From positions 96,001 to 160,000 of IMG/VR virus record IMGVR_UViG_3300021387_000661: 64,000 nucleotides of DNA; one strand, written 5' to 3'. The notes below the pieces were generated by a model, which saw only the letters and a list, made by a program, of their open reading frames with translations, ran no database searches and was not told the origin of the DNA. Source of the stretch: a virus (Duplodnaviria; Caudoviricetes). This document shows positions 18,934 to 29,168 of this stretch, piece after piece. Made by a program: the position numbers and the translations under genes. Every line of letters starts with the position of its first letter. The first letter of the stretch is position 1.

Positions 18934-20661
18934 ATGTTACAGAATGTTATTTTGAACGAGGCTGAAGTTTTGAAAACTTGGTCAGGTTTTATTACTGAGT
19001 CAACTGGCGTTACTGATCGTGCTAAATTGACTTGGATGTCAAAGTACTGTGCTTATCATGATATGAATGAGAAGCAGAGTCTTAATGAGAGTGCTCTTGG
19101 TTATGCACATCTCAATCCTAATATGAATGTTGGTGGTATGGGTGCTGCTTACTTCCCAGGTGCAAATCCTAACAATGGTTATGATGGTGTACGTGGTTCA
19201 GGTGATAACCCATTCTCACTCCTTCCTCTTGCAGTTCAGGTCGCAGCTCAGACAATCGCTCTTGACCTTGTTCCTGTAGTTCCTATGCAGGGTCCTCTTG
19301 GCATCCTCCAGTATATGGACTATGTATACGAAGGTGGTAAGACTAACTTCCGTCCTCGTTTCGAGGGTGCAGATGAGTCAAAAACTGCTCCTCTTATGGT
19401 TAAGTTGACTCTTTCAAAGGGTGACGCTAATTCAGACAGTGATGTTGAGAATGCTCTCAAGTCAGATGCTGCTCTTATAAATGAAGATGCTATTGCACAT
19501 GCAGCAAGTTTCAAGGAACTCCGTGAGGATTTCAAGCCTCATATGGCTCCTATTACTATCGGTGACTTTGAGCTCATCTTTGTTGCTCTTGGTCGTATTG
19601 ATGGTCGTCCTATCTTCCAGGTAAAGGAGAAGTCATATTTTGGTGGTAATCCTCTTAATGGTGGTGAAGGTGCTGGTGCTACTCTTGCTGAAACTCTTCT
19701 TACAGATGAGAAGGTTATCCTTGACAAGTACTATGTAGTTGACATTGACACTGTAAAGGCTCTTGAGGACTTCATCCCTGGTTTTACTGGTGCTGGTTTC
19801 AAGAATGGTGATCCTATGTCTGCACAGTCATATGACAGAGAGACTGGTGAATCAACTCCTTCAAACATTATGTCACTCAACACCTTCACATTGAGTGTGA
19901 AGGCTAAGACCATCCAGGTTAAGGGTGCTATCACTCGTGAGCAGATCCAGGATCTTAAGGCTTATGGTATTGATGCAGTTGCTCAGGTAGAAGCAGAGCT
20001 TGTAAATGAGTTGACACAGCATATCAACCGTGAAATCCTTAATGAGATCTTCGCACTTGGTGATCAGAACCATGTTGAAGCAGAGGCATTTGAGGGTATC
20101 AACCTTAATACCTACTTTGTTGTAGATCCTGCTGATGCTGATGTTGAGGGTTATGTTAAGTCATATGTTGGTGGTGGTGCTGAAACCCTTGGCACAATCC
20201 AGAGAAGAATTATGAGTAAGGTTCTTGCTGCTTCCAACCTCATCGCACAGAGAGGTCGTAGAGGTGCTGGTACATTTGCAGTATGCTCAGCAGCTATTGC
20301 AACAGCTCTTCAGGATTGCGCTGGTTTCACCGCTTATCCACTTTCAAATACAATCAACCAGAATGCTGGTTCTCTCTACCCAGTAGGTGCAATTTCAGGT
20401 GTATCTATCTATGTAGATCCTAACCTCCCTTGGAGTGCAACTAAGATAGTTGTTGGTAGAAAGGGTAAGGACAATGAGCCTGGTCTTGTGTTCATGCCTT
20501 ACTTGATGGCTGACAAACTCTCATATCCTGCAGAGGGTATGGAAGGTGCTCCTGTTACTTCATTGAAGTCAAGATATGCTCTTGTTCGTGCAGGTCATCA
20601 TCCACAGTTGTACTACTACTCATTTGACATCAAACTTGGTAATGGTGTAAGTCTTTATTAA
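18934..20661 (+). CDS. Major capsid protein (T4 gp23-like)
   Basis: DLVPVVPMQGP, TREQIQDLKA, ELTQHINREIL, IAQRGRRGAG, IYVDP, GLVFMPY and KSRYAL. Biased high-expression codons. Late motif at 18816-18823. Confidence 0.95.
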   Translation: MLQNVILNEAEVLKTWSGFITESTGVTDRAKLTWMSKYCAYHDMNEKQSLNESALGYAHLNPNMNVGGMGAAYFPGANPNNGYDGVRGSGDNPFSLLPLAVQVAAQTIALDLVPVVPMQGPLGILQYMDYVYEGGKTNFRPRFEGADESKTAPLMVKLTLSKGDANSDSDVENALKSDAALINEDAIAHAASFKELREDFKPHMAPITIGDFELIFVALGRIDGRPIFQVKEKSYFGGNPLNGGEGAGATLAETLLTDEKVILDKYYVVDIDTVKALEDFIPGFTGAGFKNGDPMSAQSYDRETGESTPSNIMSLNTFTLSVKAKTIQVKGAITREQIQDLKAYGIDAVAQVEAELVNELTQHINREILNEIFALGDQNHVEAEAFEGINLNTYFVVDPADADVEGYVKSYVGGGAETLGTIQRRIMSKVLAASNLIAQRGRRGAGTFAVCSAAIATALQDCAGFTAYPLSNTINQNAGSLYPVGAISGVSIYVDPNLPWSATKIVVGRKGKDNEPGLVFMPYLMADKLSYPAEGMEGAPVTSLKSRYALVRAGHHPQLYYYSFDIKLGNGVSLY

Positions 20662-20687
20662 TTGATAATCAAGTGATTAATAGTCAC

Positions 20688-20724
20688 AAAAAAGAGAGAA
20701 ATTGAAAAATTTCTCTCTTTTTTT
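20688..20724 (+). terminator. Terminator after capsid gene
   Basis: AAAAAAGAGAGAA...TTCTCTCTTTTTT. Confidence 0.8.
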
Positions 20725-20776
20725 GTTATATTTATATAGGATGACATCCACAGCAAAAAATATTTTTATAACATTT

Positions 20777-22483
20777 ATGGAGAAAATTGAGTTATTTAAG
20801 TATTTACAATCTATTGAAGATAAATCTGGTGGATTTAAGAAACCAGATTCTATCAAGAAGAATTACCCAGAAATTTATGATGAACTTGAGAGAGTAGATT
20901 TCCCAAAAGAATATACATTTATCCAGAAATTGTGGCATTTCTTACAAGATGATTATACAATTCATAGATGTAAATGTGGAAATCCGGTTCATTTTATAGA
21001 TTTCAAAAAAGGTTATAGACAATATTGTTCTAAAACTTGTCCAAGTGTTGTTGAGTATAATAAATCAACAATACAGAATGCACAAGTTGTTTCCAGAAGA
21101 AAGGAATCCAGGGATAAAGCTGTTAATACTACAAAGAAAAAACATAATGGAAACTTTTGGTCTGATGAACAGTTACACAGAATTCAAGAAAATATTGTAA
21201 ATAATAGGAAAGTAATAAATGAGAAGAATAAAGTTAAAATCAAGGAATATATAAAAGAGTTCAAAGAATTATCTGGAAAAGGAATTTCTGGTTGTTCTTC
21301 AAGAGTTGAGATTGATTTTTATAAGTATTTAATCAACACTTTTGGTTTTGATAATGTAGATCCCCAACATTATGATGATACTTATCCATATTCTTGTGAT
21401 TTCTTCATTCCTGGACTCAATCTTTATATAGAAATCCAAGGTAGTTGGACACATGGGAAGCATCCATTTGATACTAATAATTCCAAGGATGTAGAAAAAC
21501 TCAATTACTGGAAAAGTAAGGATAATGAGTATTACAATAATGCAATCTATACCTGGACAGATTTAGATGTCAGGAAGAGAGTGTGTGCAAAAGACAATCA
21601 TCTTAATTATCTTGAAATCTTCTCTAATAAAATAGATGATTGTATTAATATATTTGAAAATTACCTTACTGAAAAGATTGTTGATTATTGTCTGACTCAA
21701 GATCTTCCAGGGAATGGTAAATGGCCTGCAAATCATCCTATTTGGGATTGTTATGTTGGTAAGAATATTTCTCCAAGGGATGCTTGGTATAAGAGAGATT
21801 ATTTGACTAAGGCAGTTAAGAATATCTTCTATATGTTACCAAAAGATGAAAAATTCAGAATCAAGCATATCTATGAATTATTGAACTGTAAGATGGAAGA
21901 TGGAAAAATTATCAATTCAACACAGAAATTTCTTCAACAGATACAGGATAGGTTTACTATTGCCAAGATCGCCCCAAAGGTGACAGCAATTTCTGAATAC
22001 AGTGTAAAGAAAATTATAGATGAATCAGGTATTGATATTACCAGGGGTGTATATGTACCAATGTCTGGATTTGGTGGGATTATAGATGGTGTCAAATTGT
22101 GGGGAAAGGAACATAATAAAGAAGTTGAATGTGAATGTTATGACATCAATCAGAGGTTATGTGACTGGTATGGATGGAAACAGAGGGATATGTTGGCGCA
22201 AAAGGTGACCACTGACAAAGTGTGTATCTGTTGTCCTCCTTTTGGTGAGAAATATGAACACTGGAAAGGAACACCAAGGGAGATGAGTGATATTGATTTC
22301 AAGGAGTGGTATAAATTGATAAAGGAATATGTCATTGCTCCGGAGTATATTATAATCGGTCCTGAAGTTGACAAGACAGGAACTGGAAGTAACAAGGGAT
22401 TGGATACTGGTGGTAAGAAACAATCAGGATTATTCACAAAAACTGTTGGAATTATGATGTGGACTGATGATATGGTGTATTAA
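20777..22483 (+). CDS. Homing-endonuclease-like protein with C-terminal methyltransferase-like domain
   Basis: N-terminus paralogous to ORF 9472. YSCDFFIPGLNLYIEIQGSWTHG nuclease motif. C-terminal PMSGFGG, YDIN and CPPF. Start chosen by alignment with the paralog (20741 also possible). Confidence 0.6.
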   Translation: MEKIELFKYLQSIEDKSGGFKKPDSIKKNYPEIYDELERVDFPKEYTFIQKLWHFLQDDYTIHRCKCGNPVHFIDFKKGYRQYCSKTCPSVVEYNKSTIQNAQVVSRRKESRDKAVNTTKKKHNGNFWSDEQLHRIQENIVNNRKVINEKNKVKIKEYIKEFKELSGKGISGCSSRVEIDFYKYLINTFGFDNVDPQHYDDTYPYSCDFFIPGLNLYIEIQGSWTHGKHPFDTNNSKDVEKLNYWKSKDNEYYNNAIYTWTDLDVRKRVCAKDNHLNYLEIFSNKIDDCINIFENYLTEKIVDYCLTQDLPGNGKWPANHPIWDCYVGKNISPRDAWYKRDYLTKAVKNIFYMLPKDEKFRIKHIYELLNCKMEDGKIINSTQKFLQQIQDRFTIAKIAPKVTAISEYSVKKIIDESGIDITRGVYVPMSGFGGIIDGVKLWGKEHNKEVECECYDINQRLCDWYGWKQRDMLAQKVTTDKVCICCPPFGEKYEHWKGTPREMSDIDFKEWYKLIKEYVIAPEYIIIGPEVDKTGTGSNKGLDTGGKKQSGLFTKTVGIMMWTDDMVY

Positions 22484-22524
22484 TTTGTTATATTTTATTT
22501 GGTATATAGAAAATAGATAATATT

Positions 22525-23286
22525 ATGAATGAAAGACCAATTGTATTTTTTGATCTGGAGACTACAGGTAAGTCACAGAATCCAGATAATGTGAGGATTA
22601 TTGAGATATCTGCCATAAAGGTAGATGCAAACACATTGGATGTGATTGATAGCCTATATTTCAAATGTAACAATGGTGATGTTCCTATTGACCCAGATGC
22701 AACAGAGAGGCATGGAATGACAGAGGCAGACTTGGTTGGTTGTCCTACTTTCCAGGAGTGTGCAAAGGTAACATTTGATTTCTTCCAGGGTTGTGATGTG
22801 GGAGGTTATTATTGTTCTGTGTTTGATATACCTATTCTTTATTATTCATTCATCAGGGCTGGATTGACTTGGGATTATAAGACCTTGAAGAATTATGATA
22901 TCTATACCCTTTATAGGAAGTTCAATTCAGGTAAGCTTGCTGATGTATATATGAAATATACAGGTAAGGATTTGACCAATGCTCACCAGGCATCTGCTGA
23001 TGTTGATGCAACCCTTGAAGTATATAAGGAGATGAGGAAGAGAAATGAAGAGTTTGAGGATGTGGATCTTGATTATTTCAATGACAGATTGGATTTACCT
23101 GGAAATTTCAAGATTAGGATTTTGGAATCTGGTGTCAAGGAGATTTATGTTGATTTTGGTAAATGGAAAGGAAGCAGTATTGACAAGGTAGATAAATCCT
23201 ATTTCAAATGGATGATGGAGTCAGATATCTTCCCTGTTGATACCAGACATTATGCAAAGCTGATTTATGAAAGGAAAGGTAATTAA
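22525..23286 (+). CDS. DnaQ/DEDDh 3'-5' exonuclease
   Basis: FFDLETTG, FDIPIL, AHQASADV and C-terminal FGKWKG domain. Confidence 0.88.
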   Translation: MNERPIVFFDLETTGKSQNPDNVRIIEISAIKVDANTLDVIDSLYFKCNNGDVPIDPDATERHGMTEADLVGCPTFQECAKVTFDFFQGCDVGGYYCSVFDIPILYYSFIRAGLTWDYKTLKNYDIYTLYRKFNSGKLADVYMKYTGKDLTNAHQASADVDATLEVYKEMRKRNEEFEDVDLDYFNDRLDLPGNFKIRILESGVKEIYVDFGKWKGSSIDKVDKSYFKWMMESDIFPVDTRHYAKLIYERKGN

Positions 23287-23488
23287 GACAGTCTATTTAA
23301 AATTGAATTCCTGGGGAAGTATTGTGGATGATGATAAGTTATTTTATGATAATCTACCTTTCAGGATGTATTTCTGTAATAGGAAATCCAGAAGATTTGA
23401 TACAAAGGAACAACTATATAAGTTCTTCAGACAACCAGTTGATGATAGTTATCCATTGTATATAGATATATTAGAAAAGGAGAGGTAA
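23267..23488 (+). CDS. Hypothetical protein
   Basis: 73-aa ORF overlapping the previous stop and followed by a terminator. Confidence 0.5.
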   Translation: MKGKVIKTVYLKLNSWGSIVDDDKLFYDNLPFRMYFCNRKSRRFDTKEQLYKFFRQPVDDSYPLYIDILEKER

Positions 23489-23503
23489 TCACCTCTCCTT
23501 TTT
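23474..23503. terminator. Bidirectional terminator
   Basis: AAAAGGAGAGGT-AATC-ACCTCTCCTTTT. Confidence 0.8.
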
Positions 23504-23521
23504 GTGTGTTTTATTGTTTGT

Positions 23522-25063
23522 TTAGTCAGCGACAACTTCAAATACAGGAACACCATCTTCTTCAGTTTCAACAACATGGTATCCCTTTGCTACATAACTT
23601 ACGGGACCATTTGGTTCACCATAGGTTTCTGCTGGGTTAAAGTTGTAGAACTTACCACCATAGACATTGATTTTTGCTGTTCCTGCTGTATAGTTTGCAT
23701 CATAACAGTTCAAAAGGAATTTGCAGTGACCCTTTGAATCAAGTTCTGGATTCTCATCAAGAAGTTTGAATGAACCACCATAGACATTGATTGTACCCTT
23801 TTCAGAATATAATACATGTGTGTAAGCTTCAACATCACAGTTGTAGATATTGACTGTTGTGTTTTCAGAATTTGTCCAGATACCATATATACCGCTTGAT
23901 TCAACAATCTTACCTGGACCATAGATATTTATCTTTGGATTAGTGCCTCTGAAATACATTGCAGCAAAATTACCACCCTTCAATGAAACAGTGTGATCAT
24001 TTAAGTTGTATCTGTATGTACCATTAGCAAAGAGACCAAAAGCAACCCTACTTGTACTTACCACATCTTCAACTACATTTGAAACACCATTCTTTGAGAA
24101 TCCTGATATTGATGCATTTGAGATTTCATAAGTGACAGGAATTAATACATTTTCATCTTCAACTACCAATTCATCTACAAGATCATGAATGTCTGCTGCA
24201 GCATAGGAGATGTTACCCTTTCTTACAACAAGTTTCTTTGCATGGAATGCACCAGAAATCTCCAATGTGTTTTCTGCGCAAGATATGGTCAATGTATCAT
24301 ACTGACCACCACTCATAACAACTGTTGCATTTGGAGTATTGATGTTTACTGATGGTTCATTTGCTGAATTAGTATTGGATATTGTAATCCTACCTTCTGC
24401 ATCTGAAATAAGTGTTGAGTTGTCTTGCCAGGAAGCGCCAACACTCATAGAAGCAGTATCATCAACAGGGTCTAATACAATTGTTCCATTGACAGGCGCA
24501 GATACTGTAAGTTTATTTGTCTCTGCATAGATGTCATTAAATCCTGCATCACCCTTGAGCGTGAAGGATGCTGACCTATCTGTATTGGATACTGTAATGT
24601 CAATGGGTTCTTCACCTGTATTATTGACTGTTACATACTTTGGACTCTCATTACTGAAAGTTGCACCATTCTGAACCGGACCGTTCACTGTGACTGATTT
24701 TGGTGCAGATGCAGGGATGGTAACATTATTAATCACCTCATATTCACCGGCTGTATATGCATTACCGGCTGCTATGGCATTGGCGATACTCTCTGATGTC
24801 AAATCCTGTTCTTCAGTATTTTCAATTTCTACTGGTTTTGCTGGGAGTATTGAAACATTTTCCACCTCATTTACAGTATGAATAGAATATAAGATTTTCC
24901 TATAATTGTCATATTGTTCTTGAGTATAAGTAAGATAAGGAGTAATATCTTCTGGTTCAGATCCATATTTTGCAATATACTTCTTAATCTCTTGTCTTGC
25001 ATTTATCCTCTTCAAACGTTCAATTTGTTGAGGAGTAAGATCAAATTTATCAAAAGAAATCAT
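23522..25063 (-). CDS. Late beta-helix-rich protein (adhesin/decoration-like)
   Basis: Late motif at 25091-25098 (minus). Repeated IYGG/VYGG beta strands and LNCYDANY..GGKFYNFNPA. Confidence 0.55.
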   Translation of the reverse strand: MISFDKFDLTPQQIERLKRINARQEIKKYIAKYGSEPEDITPYLTYTQEQYDNYRKILYSIHTVNEVENVSILPAKPVEIENTEEQDLTSESIANAIAAGNAYTAGEYEVINNVTIPASAPKSVTVNGPVQNGATFSNESPKYVTVNNTGEEPIDITVSNTDRSASFTLKGDAGFNDIYAETNKLTVSAPVNGTIVLDPVDDTASMSVGASWQDNSTLISDAEGRITISNTNSANEPSVNINTPNATVVMSGGQYDTLTISCAENTLEISGAFHAKKLVVRKGNISYAAADIHDLVDELVVEDENVLIPVTYEISNASISGFSKNGVSNVVEDVVSTSRVAFGLFANGTYRYNLNDHTVSLKGGNFAAMYFRGTNPKINIYGPGKIVESSGIYGIWTNSENTTVNIYNCDVEAYTHVLYSEKGTINVYGGSFKLLDENPELDSKGHCKFLLNCYDANYTAGTAKINVYGGKFYNFNPAETYGEPNGPVSYVAKGYHVVETEEDGVPVFEVVAD

Positions 25064-25098
25064 ATTAGTTTTATTTGTTTGTTTATACCATATTTATG

Positions 25099-25126
25099 AA
25101 AAAGGGAGAGAAAATCTCTTCCTTTT
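25099..25126 (-). terminator. Terminator
   Basis: AAAAGGGAGAG-AAAA-TCTCTTCCTTTT. Confidence 0.6.
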
Positions 25127-25328
25127 AAATCATTGTACCATGCTGTCCAGTTGTTTCCGGATCAGATTGAACTCTGTTTCTTTTGACTCTTTTCATTGCC
25201 TGTTTTTCCTTTATCTCATAGAATTTTTTTGTGTTTTCTATGGTATATAAAGAATCCCATTTGTGTTCTGAAGCCAAAAACCTTGAATCATATTCAAAGT
25301 TTTCTAAATCTTTTCTAAAACTTCCCAT
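25125..25328 (-). CDS. Hypothetical protein
   Basis: ORF from MGSFRKD, directly downstream of the RNase H-like gene. Confidence 0.5.
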   Translation of the reverse strand: MGSFRKDLENFEYDSRFLASEHKWDSLYTIENTKKFYEIKEKQAMKRVKRNRVQSDPETTGQHGTMI

Positions 25329-25345
25329 AGTTGTTATGTTATTAT

Positions 25346-25831
25346 TTATCTCTTTACTATCCAGTCTGCAAAAGATGTGATAAGAGGACCCAATGTCTTC
25401 CACCTACATTCAAACCCTTCTGCTTCAATCCAACCCTTGGAAGCATCAAATGCCTGATTGGATCCAGTCCCTTTCTTGGGATTGATGTCAATGTCAACAA
25501 ACTCTATCTTAATGCCAGCATCTCTTAACTTCTTTGCAGTATTAATACTTTCTTCAGTTTCCTTCATCAGTCTGTCAAGTCTTTGTTCCTTCTTGTATCT
25601 TGGAACTGACCAGCGTCTATAAACACAGTGAGCACCATGCCCCTGAATACCATCACCATGGTCATACATTGCCACCACTGTTGAAAATTTTGTTTTTCCA
25701 CCTTCTGTTTGAGAATCTGTACCAACCATCACATCAATGTTAGGATGTGTATCTATATAATTCTTTACATATTCTTCAAGATTTGGTATGTTCTCTCCTG
25801 AACTCTTTCTGAAATCTACAATTTCAATCAT
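25346..25831 (-). CDS. RNase H-like YkuK (DUF458) family protein
   Basis: VMVGTDSQ, RLMKETEES, VDIDIN, GSN and FAD motifs. Confidence 0.75.
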   Translation of the reverse strand: MIEIVDFRKSSGENIPNLEEYVKNYIDTHPNIDVMVGTDSQTEGGKTKFSTVVAMYDHGDGIQGHGAHCVYRRWSVPRYKKEQRLDRLMKETEESINTAKKLRDAGIKIEFVDIDINPKKGTGSNQAFDASKGWIEAEGFECRWKTLGPLITSFADWIVKR

Positions 25832-25898
25832 TTTACTTAACTTTAATAATAAACTACCTATATTTCATTTTTATCCATATATAAATATACCAAAAAAA

Positions 25899-27455
25899 TT
25901 ATTCTTCTCTCCACCTCAAAGTGGTTTCTGGAACACCATCTTTGAATATGTTAAAAACTTGATGGTCTTTCACTATGACAATATCACTATTATTTACAAT
26001 ATAAAAACCATTTCTTAATGTCTGTATGTCTTTTGTGAGGTCATCCAATGTTTTTGTTTCATACTCTGTACTGATAACAGTAGCATCTTTGATACCCCTA
26101 TAATCTTCAATTTTCAAATACTCTTTAGAGACATCTGTTTTGGTTATATATTTATCAGCGACAGCAGTTTTTGTAGGATAAATATTTGATGCTTCTACTT
26201 TTGAAAGAATATTGCTATTAATGTATGCCTTATCATATACACTGTTTTTCTTTGCATAAGCAGCAAGTGTATTGGATAGTGAAGACTGTGTTACATATCC
26301 ATTTAAATCAGATTTCTTTGTATATATATCTTCCTTATCTGATAAATATCTCTGTTCTTCAACCCAGGCCTGTGTTGCAAATCCACTTAAATCTGGAATC
26401 TCTGACTTTTTTGCATAGTTGGATAATGATTGATGTTTGGTGAGATATTTTTTTGATATTACCCAACTTTCTGTGGCAAGACCATCTAATGAAGGAATCT
26501 CATTTTTGGTTGCCAGGTTGGATATGTCAGGAATTTCAGATTTTTTTGCATAATCAGATAATGACTGATGCTTGGTAAGATATTTCTTTGATTCCACCCA
26601 ACTTTCAGAAGCAAGACCATCCAATGAAGGAATCTCATCTTTGGTTGCAAGATTACTGATATCTGGAATCTCTGATTTCTTGGCATAATCATCCAATGAT
26701 TGGTGACTGGTGAGATATTTCTTTGATTCTACCCAACTTTCTGTAGCAAATCCATCTATTGAAGGAATCTCATCTTTAGTTGCCAGGTTGGATATGTCAG
26801 GAATTTCATCTTTGACTACAAAATTAGATACATCAGGAATCTCTGATTTCTTGGCAAAATTAGATACATCAGGAATATCAGATATCTTGGCATAATCATC
26901 CAATGATTGATGATCAGTGAGATAACCCTTTGATTCCACCCAACTTTCTGTGGCAAATCCATCCAATGAAGGAATCTCATCTTTGGTTGCAAGATTACTG
27001 ATATCTGGAATCTCTGATTTTTTGGCATATTTTACATCATTTGTTAATTGTGATACCTTTGTGGGCATTTCAGATTTAAGTGCAAATGAACCTTCTTTGT
27101 CAGATGATATTGTTCCTGTTTCAACATCTATCAATCTATCTTTGATGGCAACAATCTCACCCTTTATACCCAGAATATCATTATTGAGTCTTGCTATTGC
27201 ATCATCATCTGTTATTTTATTGACTGTATCGACAACAACAAGATTGGCTTTTTTAATAAGTGTATTGATTTCATTTTTGGATATATAAGAATGCTCTTTT
27301 AACCAGGTACTTAATGCTTCTGATGAAATATATCCAACATCATTTCTGAATGAACTTATGTTTTTTGGAAGTTCACTTTTCTTTAGATATATACTGGATT
27401 CAGATACAGTATTTACATTTGATGTTGTTTTCTGTTGTGTGTTGTTGTTAACCAT
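25899..27455 (-). CDS. Repeat-rich fibre-like late protein
   Basis: Late motif at 27478-27485 (minus). PTKVSQLTND and YLT.HQSL.DYAKKSEIP repeats typical of gut-phage fibres. Confidence 0.65.
   Translation of the reverse strand: MVNNNTQQKTTSNVNTVSESSIYLKKSELPKNISSFRNDVGYISSEALSTWLKEHSYISKNEINTLIKKANLVVVDTVNKITDDDAIARLNNDILGIKGEIVAIKDRLIDVETGTISSDKEGSFALKSEMPTKVSQLTNDVKYAKKSEIPDISNLATKDEIPSLDGFATESWVESKGYLTDHQSLDDYAKISDIPDVSNFAKKSEIPDVSNFVVKDEIPDISNLATKDEIPSIDGFATESWVESKKYLTSHQSLDDYAKKSEIPDISNLATKDEIPSLDGLASESWVESKKYLTKHQSLSDYAKKSEIPDISNLATKNEIPSLDGLATESWVISKKYLTKHQSLSNYAKKSEIPDLSGFATQAWVEEQRYLSDKEDIYTKKSDLNGYVTQSSLSNTLAAYAKKNSVYDKAYINSNILSKVEASNIYPTKTAVADKYITKTDVSKEYLKIEDYRGIKDATVISTEYETKTLDDLTKDIQTLRNGFYIVNNSDIVIVKDHQVFNIFKDGVPETTLRWREE
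26340..27030 (-). repeat. 135-nt (45-aa) tandem repeats with 36-nt sub-repeats
   Basis: About 4-5 copies of IPDISNLATKDEIPSLDGFATESWVESKxYLTxHQSLxDYAKKSE. Confidence 0.85.
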
Positions 27456-27524
27456 AGAACAATTTTCTTATTTATAATATTTATGAAGATTTTGTTATAT
27501 TTAGTATATAAAAAATTTTGAGAT

Positions 27525-27878
27525 ATGGATTTACAGGAAAGAATCAATGTACTCACCCAGGGTGTCGAACTCGCACAGAAGGGTGGTGTTTTAACCCTTG
27601 ACGAAGCATATTATGCCAAACAGGCAATTGATGCTTTGAAAAATAATGTTTCTTTGAAACCAGCATTAGAAATTCTTCTCAAGTTGGTTATTGGAGCACA
27701 AAAGAAGGGGGTTTATACATTAAGAGATGCTTATGTACTTTATTTGGCATCAGATAATATTGATAGTGTAATACCTGCTCCACAACCTGCTCCACAACCT
27801 GCTCCACAACCAGAACCTGTAGTAGAGACCACAGCACATCCAGTTGAGAAAAAATCAAGAACAAAAAAAGAGAGTTAA
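27525..27878 (+). CDS. Hypothetical protein with internal duplication and PAPQ repeats
   Basis: AQKGGVLTLDEAY / AQKKGVYTLRDAY duplication, CCTGCTCCACAA x3, and TTGTTATATTTA at 27492. Confidence 0.65.
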   Translation: MDLQERINVLTQGVELAQKGGVLTLDEAYYAKQAIDALKNNVSLKPALEILLKLVIGAQKKGVYTLRDAYVLYLASDNIDSVIPAPQPAPQPAPQPEPVVETTAHPVEKKSRTKKES

Positions 27879-27896
27879 TTAAAACTCTCTTTTTTA
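27865..27896. terminator. Bidirectional terminator
   Basis: AAAAAAGAGAGTT-AATTAA-AACTCTCTTTTTT. Confidence 0.75.
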
Positions 27897-29168
27897 TTTT
27901 AATGTCTTAAGGTCTTGTTCCCTCTTCTTTTCTGAATCTTCTTTCAACTTGTTTGCTTTGTCAGTAACTTTTTTAAAGACATCTTTTGCATTCTGGATAA
28001 AGTTTGAAGGAACTTTTATGTCTTCATTATTTACAGATTTAAGTTTACCTGATACAATCTCACCAAGTCTGTCAGTGAAATAGTTTCCAGCATCATTACC
28101 TGTCTTGTCATTTAGAGGAAGATTATAACTCAAAGCACCATTTGAAAGGATAGCACATCTTGCCATCAATTCAATCTGTGATTCATCAAACTTACCTGTT
28201 GTTGAACCACACATTCTTACAAATGAATTCATAGAAATACACATTGCCTGGACAGATTGTGCAGGGGTGTCTTTGAATAATTTACTGTCTGCATTCAACT
28301 TGTTATAGAAAGAATCAAGGATGTTGAATGACCTGTCACTCATCTTCAATTCATTTGATCCATTTGTACTTTTGAAGATATGTTTTATACCAAGAAGTAC
28401 ATCATTCTTTGCTGATTCTATGAATTTTGCCTTATCATGGTCTTTGAACAATGCGGAAAGTTTCGCAACTTCCTTATCTCCTGTCACATCTCCTTTTTCT
28501 GGAGTTGCATTTACATTGGTGATAAGAGCTTCTCTTTCTTTCTGTATAGCATCAAGTTGGTCTTTCTGCCATTTCTCCATCTGCTTGTTGCTTTCTTCAC
28601 TCTTCTTCAATGTCTCTGCCTTTTCCTTTTCAAGTTCTTTCTTTACATCATCATCTTTGATGTTTGGAGATATTGCATCATTGATAACAATCTTCATATC
28701 ATCAAGAAGTCTTTGTGACCATTTGAGCATTTGTTCATCATCCCCGGCAATCTCTTTAATTTTCTTCTGGAGTAAATCAAGGTTTTCACGGAGATTGTCA
28801 TTCTTGAACTTCATAGATTTTGCAGGTTTTGGATCCTCACCAGATTCCTTTGCCTTGTTCATCTTAAGTTCATACCAGTCACATGCCATATCAACAAGAG
28901 CTTGACGGATTTGATTGCATTCATCCTTCTTACTCAACTTCATAATTGAATAACCAGTAAGTTTGTCATCAAGTTCTTTATATATAGCAATGATATTAGA
29001 ATCACCTTTAATAGTTTCCCAGTCTTTCTTGAAAAGGTTCTTGGCCATACCAAAAAGAGTCTTAAGAAGACCTTCATTAATCATCTTTAACTCCTCATAT
29101 TGTTTTTGTTCCATCATAGGGTTATATACCTCATTGATGTACTCATCTCTTTTCAAAATCTTATTCAT
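27894..29168 (-). CDS. Helical late protein, probable internal head protein
   Basis: N-terminus KRDEYINE...MINEG. Coupled to the upstream late gene. Confidence 0.55.
   Translation of the reverse strand: MNKILKRDEYINEVYNPMMEQKQYEELKMINEGLLKTLFGMAKNLFKKDWETIKGDSNIIAIYKELDDKLTGYSIMKLSKKDECNQIRQALVDMACDWYELKMNKAKESGEDPKPAKSMKFKNDNLRENLDLLQKKIKEIAGDDEQMLKWSQRLLDDMKIVINDAISPNIKDDDVKKELEKEKAETLKKSEESNKQMEKWQKDQLDAIQKEREALITNVNATPEKGDVTGDKEVAKLSALFKDHDKAKFIESAKNDVLLGIKHIFKSTNGSNELKMSDRSFNILDSFYNKLNADSKLFKDTPAQSVQAMCISMNSFVRMCGSTTGKFDESQIELMARCAILSNGALSYNLPLNDKTGNDAGNYFTDRLGEIVSGKLKSVNNEDIKVPSNFIQNAKDVFKKVTDKANKLKEDSEKKREQDLKTLK

Noticed and set aside
26340-27030. CRISPR array
   Set aside because: The repeats are in-frame coding repeats without unique spacers. 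The same applies to 17245-17610 and 3746-3816.
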